Shown here piece by piece: positions 1 to 12,424 of a stretch of DNA of 43,016 nucleotides. Every line of letters starts with the position of its first letter. Within the stretch, counting starts at the first letter, position 1. The position numbers and the translations under genes were made by a program. The stretch is from the NCBI RefSeq assembly GCF_001194135.2, contig NC_068981.1, positions 117,201,872 through 117,244,887 on the forward strand, in the 5' to 3' direction. This DNA is from Octopus bimaculoides (Eukaryota). The notes beneath the pieces are model-generated. The model saw nothing but the letters and a program-made list of their open reading frames with translations, ran no database searches and was not told the origin of the DNA.

Positions 1-142
1 TTAACACCAAATATACAGTGCGTGTGTTTTTATTGGCTAAACTGGCAATATGACCATCCCCAAGTACAACAACATCTGTTTCAACACACGATTTCACATA
101 AAAAAATCTTGCAAAACAAATATGTATATATATATATTTATG

Positions 143-174
<32 letters not shown>

Positions 175-1062
175 TATATATACTATGAAAGCAACACGCA
201 CATCTTTGACTAAACGTTTTTCTTCTCCCTTTCGATATTGTTTGAATTCTTTGTTTCACATTTGAAGAAAAAGACTAGTTTCCTCGGATTCCATAATTTA
301 TTAGAACTCAGATACCGAGAGTAAAAAAACACGCTGCTCTTCCGCTAAAGGATACAAAACACTGACCTTATGCTTGGTTGTGTGAGGTGTTGCCTCTCTT
401 AATAACTACATTATATTTTTAAATTAGCAACATTATATCCTGTATAAGGGTAATGTACTAATTATTTATCTACATTGGAAGCAATGGAGAAAACACTTTA
501 ATAACTATTGCACTTTTAAATGGTAAAAAGAAAACTCTACTGCTTGCTTTTCCGACGCTTCGTGAGGCGAGGAGACCTAAAAATACTGAGGCTGGGAGGT
601 GTGTTGCAAGACGCAGCCTGATATCAGTGACCTTAATTAGTATAAACAGTTCATGATAATGAAAAGAAATTAAGTGTAATTATGAAGATAATTAAATGAT
701 TAAACGGCCATAAATGTATTTTCTTTTGCAGAGCTGAAGGCTATAATACTAGCAGAAAAAAATATTAATATTATTAATAAAAGTCATAAAATATTACGAA
801 TAAAAAAGCCGGAAGAAATGATGAGATTTTTAGGAAAAAGAAGAGAGAGAAGGCAGCACATCTATTATGAAATTAGATTTAGCACAAAAACAAAAAGTAG
901 AAAATAATTAAGCAAGTCATATTGTATATGCTTATTCATACATCCACTACTATACACACACACATATATATATTTATATACATATATATGTGGAAATATA
1001 TATTATGCATACATATAATACATATATCTGTGTATATACACATATACACACCCTTATACATG

Positions 1063-1160
<98 letters not shown>

Positions 1161-1691
1161 ATGTATGCATGCAACATGCACAGATATATACATATACATA
1201 CACATTACGTTTATATAAATGCAATANNNNNNNNNNNNNNNNNNNNNNNNNNNNNNNNNNNNNNNNNNNNNNNNNNNNNNNNNNNNNNNNNNNNNNNNNN
1301 NNNNNNNNNNNNNNNNNNNNNNNNNNNNNNNNNNNNNNNNNNNNNNNNNNNNNNNNNNNNNNNNNNNNNNNNNNNNNNNNNNNNTGTGTATATATGCATA
1401 AATATAATATTATAAACATACTTTATGTGAAATTAAGTGTTATGTTATGCTGTAGGCAAATTATCCGAGTGACGCCACAGAATAAACACGCATGAATATT
1501 CTCATCCATTTCGAAAATTGTTGAGACGCATATAACGTAGAATTTATTCATTTTCTTTATTTAAATGTCATATTGCGAACTCGGACTATATCAATAAATA
1601 TATCCATAGAATCGCACACACATATACAGATGAGTGAGTATGCTGCCATTAGTGCGCACTCGTGTGTGTGTGTGTGTGTATGTGTGTGTGT

Positions 1692-1722
<31 letters not shown>

Positions 1723-2010
1723 CGTGAGTACATAATATGCATGTGCATATATGCTTCTGTACATGCGTACAAGCAAACATGAATAAGTGTGTGTATGTGT
1801 ATTGGCGCATCGCGTACAGACATGCGGTATGAATAGAAGCATAAGTCTCAGCGCATGTCAGTGTATAGAGAGATAGGTAAATATAACAATGTATGTCTGT
1901 AGTACGCATGCACACTTACGTAAATGTGGGTGTGAGTAAAATCACACGCATTCGCGTGCGCACTCCACACACACACATACACACACACACACATGCACAC
2001 ACACACACAC

Positions 2011-2150
2011 AATGCGGCCATCCTGAAGAAGTTTTAGTCAAATGAAGCGACCCCACTACTTATTCTTTTCTAAGACTGGTGTCTTTTCCCGAACTACCAG
2101 ATTACAGGGACATAAACAAACTAACACCGGTTATCAAGCGGCACTGAGGA
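2011..2150 (-). mobile_element. SINE family A, 3' part
   Basis: Reverse-complement similarity to 18640-18826 and 29865-30050 (ATAAGTAC...GGGGTCG...TTCGACTAAA...CAGCATGGCC block). Starts at a (CA)n run. Confidence 0.7.
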
Positions 2151-2157
2151 CAAAGTC

Positions 2158-2314
2158 ACAAGTATGCTTCCAAACCACATGGTTGCGGACTCAGTCCCAT
2201 GGAGTAGCACCTTGGGAAAGTGTCTTCTACTATAGCCTTAGGCCGACCAAAGTCTTGTGAGCGGATTTGGTAGACGGAAACTGAAAGAAGCCCGACGTGT
2301 ATATATATATATAT
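2158..2314 (+). mobile_element. SINE family A, 5' part (tRNA-like head plus CORE-like CACCTTGGG(C/A)AAGTGTCTTCTACTATAGCC)
   Basis: Clear similarity to 18425-18590, 11970-12060, 30535-30620 and the reverse complement of 12793-12910. Ends in (TA)n at a gap. Confidence 0.8.
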
Positions 2315-2940
2315 NNNNNNNNNNNNNNNNNNNNNNNNNNNNNNNNNNNNNNNNNNNNNNNNNNNNNNNNNNNNNNNNNNNNNNNNNNNNNNNNNNNNNN
2401 NNNNNNNNNNNNNNNNNNNNNNNNNNNNNNNNNNNNNNNNNNNNNNNNNNNNNNNNNNNNNNNNNNNNNNNNNNNNNNNNNNNNNNNNNNNNNNNNNNNN
2501 NNNNNNNNNNNNNNNNNNNNNNNNNNNNNNNNNNNNNNNNNNNNNNNNNNNNNNNNNNNNNNNNNNNNNNNNNNNNNNNNNNNNNNNNNNNNNNNNNNNN
2601 NNNNNNNNNNNNNNNNNNNNNNNNNNNNNNNNNNNNNNNNNNNNNNNNNNNNNNNNNNNNNNNNNNNNNNNNNNNNNNNNNNNNNNNNNNNNNNNNNNNN
2701 NNNNNNNNNNNNNNNNNNNNNNNNNNNNNNNNNNNNNNNNNNNNNNNNNNNNNNNNNNNNNNNNNNNNNNNNNNNNNNNNNNNNNNNNNNNNNNNNNNNN
2801 NNNNNNNNNNNNNNNNNNNNNNNNNNNNNNNNNNNNNNNNNNNNNNNNNNNNNNNNNNNNNNNNNNNNNNNNNNNNNNNNNNNNNNNNNNNNNNNNNNNN
2901 NNNNNNNNNNNNNNNNNNNNNNNNNNNNNNNNNNNNNNNN

Positions 2941-2977
<37 letters not shown>

Positions 2978-3087
2978 CTCTTTCTCTCTCTGTATGTATG
3001 TATATGCGGAGTAGATGGAACAGGGACAACTGATGAAGGGATATATTCTTTATGTTGCATGTCTGACTTCTCTGTTTGTCATAGTTT

Positions 3088-3205
3088 ATAGTTCAATTTA
3101 CCGAAGTATAAGTCCTTAGGTGCAATCCTACGCATATCCATGTGGGTATCCATGGATATACGCAGGATTGCACCTAAAGACATACTCTTCGGCAAGTTGA
3201 ACTAT
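3088..3205. repeat. 118-bp fold-back (inverted repeat), MITE-like or hairpin RNA
   Basis: Inner arms 3116-3142 and 3151-3177 pair at 25/27 positions around an 8-nt loop (TGGGTATC). Outer arms ATAGTTCAAtTTaCCGAAG (3088-3106) and CTTCGGcAAgTTGAACTAT (3187-3205) extend the stem. Confidence 0.9.
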
Positions 3206-3320
3206 GAACTTTTATCATTCTTTTTTTTTTTGCATCTCCTTATTCTTTTACACCCTTCCTCTATGTTGTCAACTTATTAATATATACCATTCTCATTTTC
3301 CATATTTCTCTCCCCTGTTT

Positions 3321-3377
3321 TTATCTGATGATGGAATATCCCATACTCGGGGATATCACAGAAACAGCTGTAAGATT
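3321..3377 (+). ncRNA. Hammerhead-ribozyme-like motif (minimal type I, degenerate stem I)
   Basis: CTGATGA 3325-3331; stem II ATATCCC/GGGATAT (3336-3342/3350-3356); GAAAC 3361-3365; palindromic stem III ACAGCTGT 3364-3371; GUA cleavage triplet 3370-3372. Stem I has only 1 bp. Confidence 0.55.
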
Positions 3378-3691
3378 TTGAATTTCTTCCTATAACAATA
3401 TTGTATACGACTTGAGATGTTTGCCTTGCCTTAATGTTTGTAGTCCTATTTAACAATGATATATCCGCTGCTTCGGAAATCTGCAATCGCTCCATTACTA
3501 CCGTCTCAGCTGTTATCTTGGAGCCCCAGTAATCCGTTACAGCACACTTACCTAGCGTACCTAATAGATTAGATCACCTATGAACTAAACCCCCATACTT
3601 TATATATATATACTAAGAAAGAGAGAGGGAGGAGAATGAAATTAGATTGATAGATAGATAAAATAGAATAGAATAGAATAGAATAGATAGA

Positions 3692-3722
<31 letters not shown>

Positions 3723-3762
3723 GCAGGCAGACAGACAGGCATACATACATACATACATACAT

Positions 3763-3793
<31 letters not shown>

Positions 3794-3958
3794 GGTGTGT
3801 TTCCATCCAAGATGGAGACAAACACAAACGTTCCGTGCAAAAGGCTTGACAATTCTTAATTTGAACCAGTGGTAGCCTGGTTAACCCACAAATAAAGAAT
3901 TTGTATCCATCAATGCAGATTTGAGTACTTACACTGACTGTTCGGCACACACGCACGC

Positions 3959-3991
<33 letters not shown>

Positions 3992-4412
3992 GGCACACAC
4001 ACACACACACACATAAGTATATATATATATGGAATTATATATATATGTATATATATGTAATTACATATATGCATACATAATTATAAATATATGTATACGT
4101 GTGCGCGCGAGTGTGTATGTGTGTGTGTGTGTGTGTGCTTGTGTGTGTGCTTGTTTGTGTGCTTGTGTGTGCGCGTGCAAATGTGTGCGCGTACGTGTGT
4201 TTATAATGCTTTCGCAAATCAACTTTTACTCCTTTTTAGAAGCTCCGAGGAAGCTGTGAATTGTTGCTCTGAGTGCACCACATCTTGAAGATCATGACAT
4301 AATTTTCTATATCTTTGCCATTCATCTAATTTAGTATTACGCTCTGTAATCGACTAACACTTCACTCTGAAGCATGTGTTTATTGAGTTCTAGCACCAGT
4401 TTGTTAGTATAA

Positions 4413-4466
<54 letters not shown>

Positions 4467-5236
4467 NNNNNNNNNNNNNNNNNNNNNNNNNNNNNNNNNN
4501 NNNNNNNNNNNNNNNNNNNNNNNNNNNNNNNNNNNNNNNNNNNNNNNNNNNNNNNNNNNNNNNNNNNNNNNNNNNNNNNNNNNNNNNNNNNNNNNNNNNN
4601 NNNNNNNNNNNNNNNNNNNNNNNNNNNNNNNNNNNNNNNNNNNNNNNNNNNNNNNNNNNNNNNNNNNNNNNNNNNNNNNNNNNNNNNNNNNNNNNNNNNN
4701 NNNNNNNNNNNNNNNNNNNNNNNNNNNNNNNNNNNNNNNNNNNNNNNNNNNNNNNNNNNNNNNNNNNNNNNNNNNNNNNNNNNNNNNNNNNNNNNNNNNN
4801 NNNNNNNNNNNNNNNNNNNNNNNNNNNNNNNNNNNNNNNNNNNNNNNNNNNNNNNNNNNNNNNNNNNNNNNNNNNNNNNNNNNNNNNNNNNNNNNNNNNN
4901 NNNNNNNNNNNNNNNNNNNNNNNNNNNNNNNNNNNNNNNNNNNNNNNNNNNNNNNNNNNNNNNNNNNNNNNNNNNNNNNNCAAACATTTGCTTCACCACA
5001 TACCGAAGTTCATATATTAAACTATGATTGTTCACACTCATATCTGTGTCCATAGCTGCCCGTCTCTTTGCATCTGTTCTCTATTCATACATAGAAATAT
5101 GTGCATTTGCATAGATAGATGTAAAGTATATTCATTATGCATGTCTATATATTTAGATACATGCGTATATATACACATACCCATTTATATATGTTTGTAC
5201 ATGTATATTCTTATAGCTATTGTTGTTGGCACTCCG

Positions 5237-5400
5237 TCGGTTACGACGACGAACGTTCCCGATGATCCGATCAACGGAACTGCTTGCTCGTGAAATTAAC
5301 GTGCAACACTCCACAGACACTTTTACCCTTAATGTAGTTCTTGGGGAGATTCAGCGTGACACAGAGTGTTACAAGGCTGGCCTTTTGAAATGCAGGTACA
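5237..5400 (+). mobile_element. SINE-like interspersed repeat family B fragment
   Basis: GTTACGACGACG...GATCCGATCAACGGAAC...GGGGAGATTCAGCGTGACACAGAGTG...GCAGGTAC matches my recollection of an abundant Octopus repeat. Single copy in this window, so it cannot be confirmed internally. Confidence 0.5.
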
Positions 5401-5610
5401 ACAGAAAGGAAGAAAGAGTAAGAGAAAGTTGTGGTGAAGAGTACAGGAGCTTTAGGTGTTTTCGCTCAATAAACACTCACAACGCTGCCCTAACCAGTGG
5501 GCCATTGCGCCTCCACATATACATAACCATATACATGCATATATGTAACATATGGTATAATTATAAACGAGAAATTTCTCTGCAGACTAAAAAAAAAAAA
5601 ATGATGAAGA

Positions 5611-5654
5611 GCCTTATTTCTATTTTCAAACCTTGTTGGGTTCTCCTCAGAGGC
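5611..5654 (-). ncRNA. Degenerate hammerhead-ribozyme-like motif
   Basis: Minus strand reads GCCT-CTGAGGA-GAACC caacaa GGTTT-GAAA-atagaa-ATA-AGGC. Stem I has 4 bp (GCCT/AGGC), stem II has 5 bp, the triplet is AUA and stem III is imperfect. Confidence 0.35.
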
Positions 5655-6204
5655 GTCCACATCATTCTTACAGTCTCCAGAGAAACAAGCAGCCAAACTG
5701 TTTATATACTCAACAAATGCAGAAGTTACTCTATGAAGGAGTCCCTAATTCACATACCAAATATATATATGCTTGTCAGTATATAAATAGTGTGTAAAAA
5801 TAAGCAGATGCCACTAATGCAGAAAAAGGTGTTAGATTATATTGGCCTGGAGCAGTATAAATAATTAATTGCACCCAGTCGATTAGTCGATGGCTCATCT
5901 ATTGTCAACAGCTATAGCCTGTGTATTTCTATATATTGCAGCTGAAAGAAATGAAATACCGTTGTGATATATACGGCTTTACGAAAGCTCTGTTCTGGCA
6001 CCAATATAAAAGTGAAGAATGTATTGTGCGCGTGGACTCGGTCATTCGAAACTTAAGTGTGTTGATCCCAAATAAATCACCACAGTGTAACGGAATACAG
6101 CCCTGTGAAGTGTCTAATGTCAACTTAACTAATCTCGTCCACAAAATGACGAGCTTTCTATCAATTCAACTAACTGCCTTCTGAAACCTTGGAGATATAG
6201 ATAC

Positions 6205-6282
<78 letters not shown>

Positions 6283-6554
6283 CTGCGTCTGTGTTTGCAT
6301 GTTTGCGTGCGAACGTGCATTTGTGTGCGCGCGTGCTTGTGCGTCTGATAGAGTCGATTTTCCCATGGAACCCAGGAAACTGTGTTTCCATTCGGTTTCT
6401 CCATGACTGATATCTGTCGGTCGCGATTCCTGAATGAAGCGTTACTTTTTCCGTTCATGGGACAGAATTTCGACTGAAAATCTACAGAACGAGAACAGAT
6501 GTCGCAAGACATCTTTTCCAATGCTCCAATGCTCCAATGATTCCGTGAAACTAC

Positions 6555-6640
6555 CAGCCTGGACTGGTAGTTTTTTAATATTGACACTGAGAGGATGAAA
6601 GAAAACTCTATCTTCGCGGGCTGTAAACTCTTAAACACAA
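6555..6640 (-). mobile_element. SINE family C, degenerate fragment
   Basis: ACTGGTAGTTTTTTAATATTGACACTGAGAGGATGAAAG resembles 23549-23610 and 41097-41150. Confidence 0.45.
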
Positions 6641-6824
6641 AGCAGACTAGGCCAAAGTAATTGGCACACATAATCCTATACAACATACAACACTGCAATA
6701 GTTCTACCAGTTCGCTTTATATGTATATATACTAGATAGAAAGAGTTAATATCACACAGAAGAAATAAAATTAGTAACACACAGAACATCTAGGCTTAAA
6801 TAAAATCAGATAAAAATAACGATG

Positions 6825-6863
6825 TTATCTGAAGATCGCATTGGCGTGAAACTTCAGTCACAA
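6825..6863 (+). ncRNA. Hammerhead-ribozyme-like motif (minimal type I)
   Basis: CTGAAGA 6829-6835; stem II CGC-attg-GCG; GAAAC 6848-6852; stem III AC-ttca-GT; GUC triplet 6857-6859; stem I TTAT/ACAA pairs 3 of 4. AATAAA lies ~20 nt downstream. Confidence 0.55.
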
Positions 6864-7064
6864 AGAAAAGTATTAGCTTGAAATAAACAGTCTGCACCAG
6901 ATATTGAGTTCTCACTTCCTCCTTCATTAACAATTATAAATTTTGAATACTTTTTTCTCTCACTCTCTTCTTGCTTTTCCTCTCTCCCTACATATATACA
7001 TGCACACACATACATGTATATCTATAAGTGTGTGTATGTGGGTGTGGGTGTGTGTGTGTATCTG

Positions 7065-7152
<88 letters not shown>

Positions 7153-9410
7153 TGTCTTCATGAGTGGGTGGGGATTGAGCATGTATATAAGAGTGTATGT
7201 CTTTGTGAGTTGCTGTTCATGTTTGTGTATTTCTACTTGACTCAGGTCAATCTTTCAATTTCCTCCCATTCATTCTACCACTCCTAATACGATGACCATC
7301 ACAAACACGAATAATCACAATCCCCGTAACCATTTTACTCTATCTTGAAATTTACTGTTACCATTCTTACAACCTTACAGCACCACCTCCGTTTGTATCA
7401 AGTATCAACACCACTTCTGCAATACCACTTGTTTTCTATAAGACTCTGACTAACTTCTCCTTTATTTCCTCTCGCTTCCCGTCCTAGTTTAGCTCATTTA
7501 TCAGCTGGTGCACTTCATGCTTGTATTCCCATCTCATAGTTTTCCACTTCTTTCTTCTCCCCTCTTTCTCACGTTCTCATACTCTCTCTCTCTAATATTG
7601 TTTACTTGTCCCTTCAAGCATATATACGCACACATGTACATTAAATGATTATCACAAAATTAAGGAGGTATTTTTTCTCATTTGAATTACACTTTAGATT
7701 AAAATAAAACATCTACAGCACTTTTCGTGGAAGACGTAGGTTGCTGTTTATACCCACATTAACTTCAACAGAGTAGTTGTATAATTAAAGGAGTTCTAGC
7801 AGCTACCATCCTGTCTTATTTTTGATATAATATCACTATATCCAAGTAAACTTTTTTTATCTTCAGACTGTAGGGTGAATTTTAAGGGTTATTTTACTGT
7901 GAAATTTGGGATATGTTAGCACTGAATATTATAAATTTTAGTAATAGGTTATTTTTGTTGATTTTGGTGGACAGTCCTACGTCAGTTCTGATTGTGGTCA
8001 CATGTAATCAAAAGAATTCCAGTCATAACCATTCATATTGTCTCAGGTATAATGTACCTTAGACAATACGTATGCAAGTGTCCTTCTCGTTTTATGACAA
8101 GAATTGATGATTTGAAGGAAATTCGACTGTTATCTTTAGTTGGTTGAATAATCGCGTTGAAGATAGCCCGTTGACAGGCATAAAGATTCCTTCATAATGT
8201 TCATAGATCATTTAACGCCGTAGCAATTCATGAATCACTAATATAGAAATGGTTCATTTGACAAAAATCCGAGTCAACATGTCTGGAAAGAACTTCAGCA
8301 GGAAACTACTCCTACTACGGCATATCTGTATGAAATGAAGCGTTGAAACCATTATAATTGCAAAGATATATCGAAAACAGGAATGACAAATAGATATTTG
8401 TGTACAAGTGAGGCTATTGTTATATTCAACGTAGAAATACAGCAATAAAGAAAACGGGTTAATCAGTAGAAAATAGAGATATTTCTTCTGGAAGAACTAA
8501 GTTCAATTAGAAAAGATGAGGATTATTTTGCAGTTTCAGATTTCTGTACTTCAGTTCTCCAGAATAAGTTCTATTTAACCCATTTGCTTGTCACTTAACT
8601 GTGCCATAATCAGAAGTCTCCATTGTTGGCGGGAGGTGTTGCACTGTTAGGGCTGTTCGTCCGTTTTGGTCTCCACTTGGCACCTAACTCACATCTATGG
8701 CTCCAAGTAGCTGTTTGCATATAAGAACGGCCACGCCATTGTAAACTGCTTCATTTGGTGGGGGTAACCAATGGGTATGTAACTTTTGGTGAGTTAGGGC
8801 TTACCTGACTACGAGGTACAAGAAAGTTGGTTAGAGGAGAGTTTAAAGAGCGTTAGAATAAAACATAATGGGATGAGAAAGAGCGAGTGTTAATGAGAGT
8901 GAGTAAAACAGGAGGGAGAGGAAAGAAATGAAGATAAAGAGAGAGGGGAAATGAATAGTAAGTTGCAATAAGAGAAAAAGAGAAAGAACGAAAAGTTAGT
9001 GAGCGTTGAAATTATTGAAAGGCCAAAGCAAGGGAGGAAAATCATCTATAGATGTGTAATAACAGTATCAGTATAATGCCATCTTGCTAGAAATCGAGTT
9101 ACGAAACGGATTTAGTGGACGACAAAGGTGTCTTACTTGTCTTATCTTCTTCTCTGCATTCAAGAATGGGTTGCTGCAGCAACCTTTCCCTCCGTTGAAC
9201 CATGAAGGTTTCTTCCGCAGAGACTGCCGGATCCAATCTGTTCAAGCACCCACCCTACCTCTCCTTTGCAGAAAGACTATTAACACAACTTCAACTAAAA
9301 TGTAAGACTAACTTTACCTAACTCTATTCTTATACCACCATATGCAATACTATATCCACTAACTGTTTCTCCTGCATCTCTCACACCATGAACTCTAACA
9401 TACTCCTCAA

Positions 9411-9462
9411 CATTCTGAAGAGATCTGCCAAACCATTTGGCACAATGAAACGATCGTAAATG
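9411..9462 (+). ncRNA. Hammerhead ribozyme, minimal type I (best-preserved copy)
   Basis: Stem I CATT/AATG (9411-9414/9459-9462); CTGAAGA 9415-9421; 7-bp stem II TGCCAAA-cca-TTTGGCA; GAAAC 9447-9451; perfectly palindromic stem III ACGATCGT 9450-9457; GUA triplet 9456-9458. Confidence 0.75.
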
Positions 9463-9749
9463 ACTCATTATATAATCTCCACATAATTAAATCAATGGCT
9501 CACTAGCCCAATTGACTTGCTTCTTCTTGTGTTTGNNNNNNNNNNNNNNNNNNNNNNNNNNNNNNNNNNNNNNNNNNNNNNNNNNNNNNNNNNNNNNNNN
9601 NNNNNNNNNNNNNNNNNNNNNNNNNNNNNNNNNNNNNNNNNNNNNNNNNNNNNNNNNNNNNNNNNNNNNNNNNNNNNNNNNNNNNNNNATATATACTGGT
9701 AGATAGACAGATAGATAGATAGATAAAGAGACAGACAAACAAATAAATG

Positions 9750-9807
<58 letters not shown>

Positions 9808-10663
9808 CTGACTGATTATGATATTCTTCTCATAGCAAAAATATTTGTCGTGAGAAACGTCTGCTTTCGAGTCCAATATAAAGCTTCAATGCGAAGGTGT
9901 CTTTCCTTGCAACATGGGTCATGGATCTGTCCTTTTCAGATTTGGTCGTTGTCGCTGACGGAGAAATATCAACATTTCTGTAAGCTCTAGCAGCCAAGAT
10001 TGCACAGTGACCCGCTGCACAGTGAGATCCGCTAATACTTCTCTTTAAGAAGATACACTTAAGTAAGTATCTACAATTAAAAGAAAAGATAGCCGTCCTC
10101 ATATGCAAATGCTTGTTAAAATTAGCTGACCCGTGTAAATATGCTTCTAAAAATACTTCTTAATGCATTTATGTGTATCTCAGTCTATGTTTGAGTGTAC
10201 GGTATGAATAAAAATGTGCGTATGTTTATATATCTGTATAGTTATGTATGCTTATATGCCTATATATGTATGCACATGAGCATGGACGGATATGTAAACC
10301 GGATCAGCCTAGATAAACTATGTATATGTGTCCGTGCGTGGGTGTACGTATGTTTATGTGTGCGTGGGTGTACGTATGTTTGTGTGTGTGTGTGTGTAAA
10401 TGCGTGCATGCAAATGTATCTACATCTATGCATATATGCATGATTGAATGCTTATATATGAGACAGTATAACTATTCAATTATTGTTTATTCAATCATTT
10501 CTATGCTGCGGCACAGACTTCAAAGGTTATTCAGATTTTTTCAACCTAGTATTCATTTCAGCATACTACTTATATATACACATATGTGGGTATAAACACA
10601 GACACACACACACACACATACGCACACACAAATCTGTACATATGCATATATATATATATATAT

Positions 10664-10703
<40 letters not shown>

Positions 10704-11187
10704 GANNNNNNNNNNNNNNNNNNNNNNNNNNNNNNNNNNNNNNNNNNNNNNNNNNNNNNNNNNNNNNNNNNNNNNNNNNNNNNNNNNNNNNNNNNNNNNN
10801 NNNNNNNNNNNNNNNNNNNNNNNNNNNNNNNNNNNNNNNNNNNNNNNNNNNNNNNNNNNNNNNNNNNNNNNNNNNNNNNNNNNNNNNNNNNNNNNNNNNN
10901 NNNNNNNNNNNNNNNNNNNNNNNNNNNNNNNNNNNNNNNNNNNNNNNNNNNNNNNNNNNNNNNNNNNNNNNNNNNNNNNNNNNNNNNNNNNNNNNNNNNN
11001 NNNNNNNNNNNNNNNNNNNNNNNNNNNNNNNNNNNNNNNNNNNNNNNNNNNNNNNNNNNNNNNNNNNNNNNNNNNNATATATATATATATATATACGTAT
11101 ATAGAGTATATATAAATATATATAGGAAGAATTCACAAAAAAAAAGAAACAAAAGACGAAGACAGGTGGTGTAGACAACAAACAGAT

Positions 11188-11261
11188 GTATTAGTTTAAC
11201 GCTCGGGGAGTGAAAACGTCTTTAACGTTTCGAGCCTACGCTCTTCTACAGAAAGGAACAC
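11188..11261 (-). ncRNA. Hammerhead-ribozyme-like motif in a Penelope-type terminal remnant
   Basis: Minus strand reads GTGTT cc TTT-CTGTAGA-A-GAGC gtag GCTC-GAAACGTT...AGCGTT-AAA ct AATAC. Stem I is 3 bp + 2x2 loop + 5 bp, stem II 4 bp, stem III 5 bp, triplet GUU. The core has an A6->U change. Confidence 0.55.
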
Positions 11262-11837
11262 AGAAATAAACAAGGATAGAAAATAAAGAAACAAGAAGAT
11301 AATGCACCAAACAGGTGAAAATGTTTATTTGATACTAAACTCAGTAGGATCAGTACTGAGAACAATTGCATACTAAGTTCAAAATATCTTATTATTAGAC
11401 TACCTTTTACAATGATCTTATTCTTAAAATGCTAATATCAAGAAAACTATTCCAATTTAGATAGGCATACAGTCACATACATAAGTATTCATGTGCGTAC
11501 GTACGTATGTATGCATGTATGTATGTATGTATGTATGTAATGTATGTATGTATGTATGTATGTATGTCTGTATGTATGTAAGCACGCTTTCTCCTCTTTT
11601 TAATTTTAGAGGAAATTTTAACCGGTTACTTACATCATAGCAAAGTTGTGAAGGAGAGTATCTTCTTTTAACCATTATTTTTCAAATCTTAAATAATAAT
11701 TGTTCTAAAGCTGGAAATGTATCCTGGATACTGTATGTATGTATGTATGTATGTATGTATGTATGTATGTATGTATGCATGCATGCATGTATGTATGCAT
11801 GCATGTGGGAGCATGTTTCATTTATTGTCGCAGTCGT

Positions 11838-12185
11838 GAATGCGTGGTGGTTAAGAAACCTGCTTCCCAGTCGTATAGTCTTGCCAAGTGTCTCCTACTA
11901 TAGCCCCGATAAACCAAAAGCTTGTGAGTAGTTTTGTTAAATAGAAACACAAAGATGTCTGTCGTTAAAAATCTGCGTGGCACCTTGGGCAAGTGTCATC
12001 TACTATACCCACGGGACGATCAAAGCTTTTTGAGTAAATTTGACAGACAGAAACTAAAAGAAACTTAGAAATACGTACTGGATTAAAAATAAGTACTGGA
12101 ACTAATTTTTTCGACCAGATCCTTCAAATCGGTACCCTAGCATAGCTGCATCCAATGATAAAAACTCGTAAAAGATAAGAAAATA
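11838..12185 (+). mobile_element. SINE family A, composite (two partial heads plus a 3' part)
   Basis: TTGCCAAGTGTCTCCTACTATAGCC at ~11881, GCACCTTGGGCAAGTGTCATCTACTATA at ~11980 and AATAAGTACTGG at ~12088. Confidence 0.7.
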
Positions 12186-12424
12186 AAGGAGACTGTATTT
12201 TTTTGTCTTTTTTTTTCAACTAAAAGATAATCTACAAACTATTTAGAGATTTTGCATTCACTCTATCACAGACTGAATTAAATAAATTCGTACCATTAGT
12301 CCACTTCAGTTATTTTCCTTAGCTGACAGTTTGTATATATAATGAGACACTTGGCTATTTCGCGGATGCTGCTGATTACAATTACATTATTTCTGGCTAC
12401 CCTGCATTATATTTACTAATCGAC

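Noticed and set aside
3020-3080. CTGATGAAGGG half-core (and a similar one at 29393) as separate ribozymes
   Set aside because: No correctly placed GAAA or cleavage triplet; kept only as degenerate remnants.
5220-5786. 188-aa ORF
   Set aside because: Runs through a SINE-like repeat, a TA-rich tract and poly-A; no recognisable domain.
5942-6184. Possible exon after TTGCAG acceptor, open for ~80 codons
   Set aside because: No recognisable protein similarity, no partner exons, and similarly long open frames on the opposite strand.
8255-8330. DKNPSQHVWKELQQ resembling the Tc1 DLNPIExxW motif
   Set aside because: Too short and no flanking transposase motifs.
9940-9979. 40-nt candidate exon (CCTTTTCAG...GTAAGC) encoding DLVVVADGEISTF
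   Set aside because: Splice-like signals of this quality occur by chance in 43 kb; needs RNA-seq.
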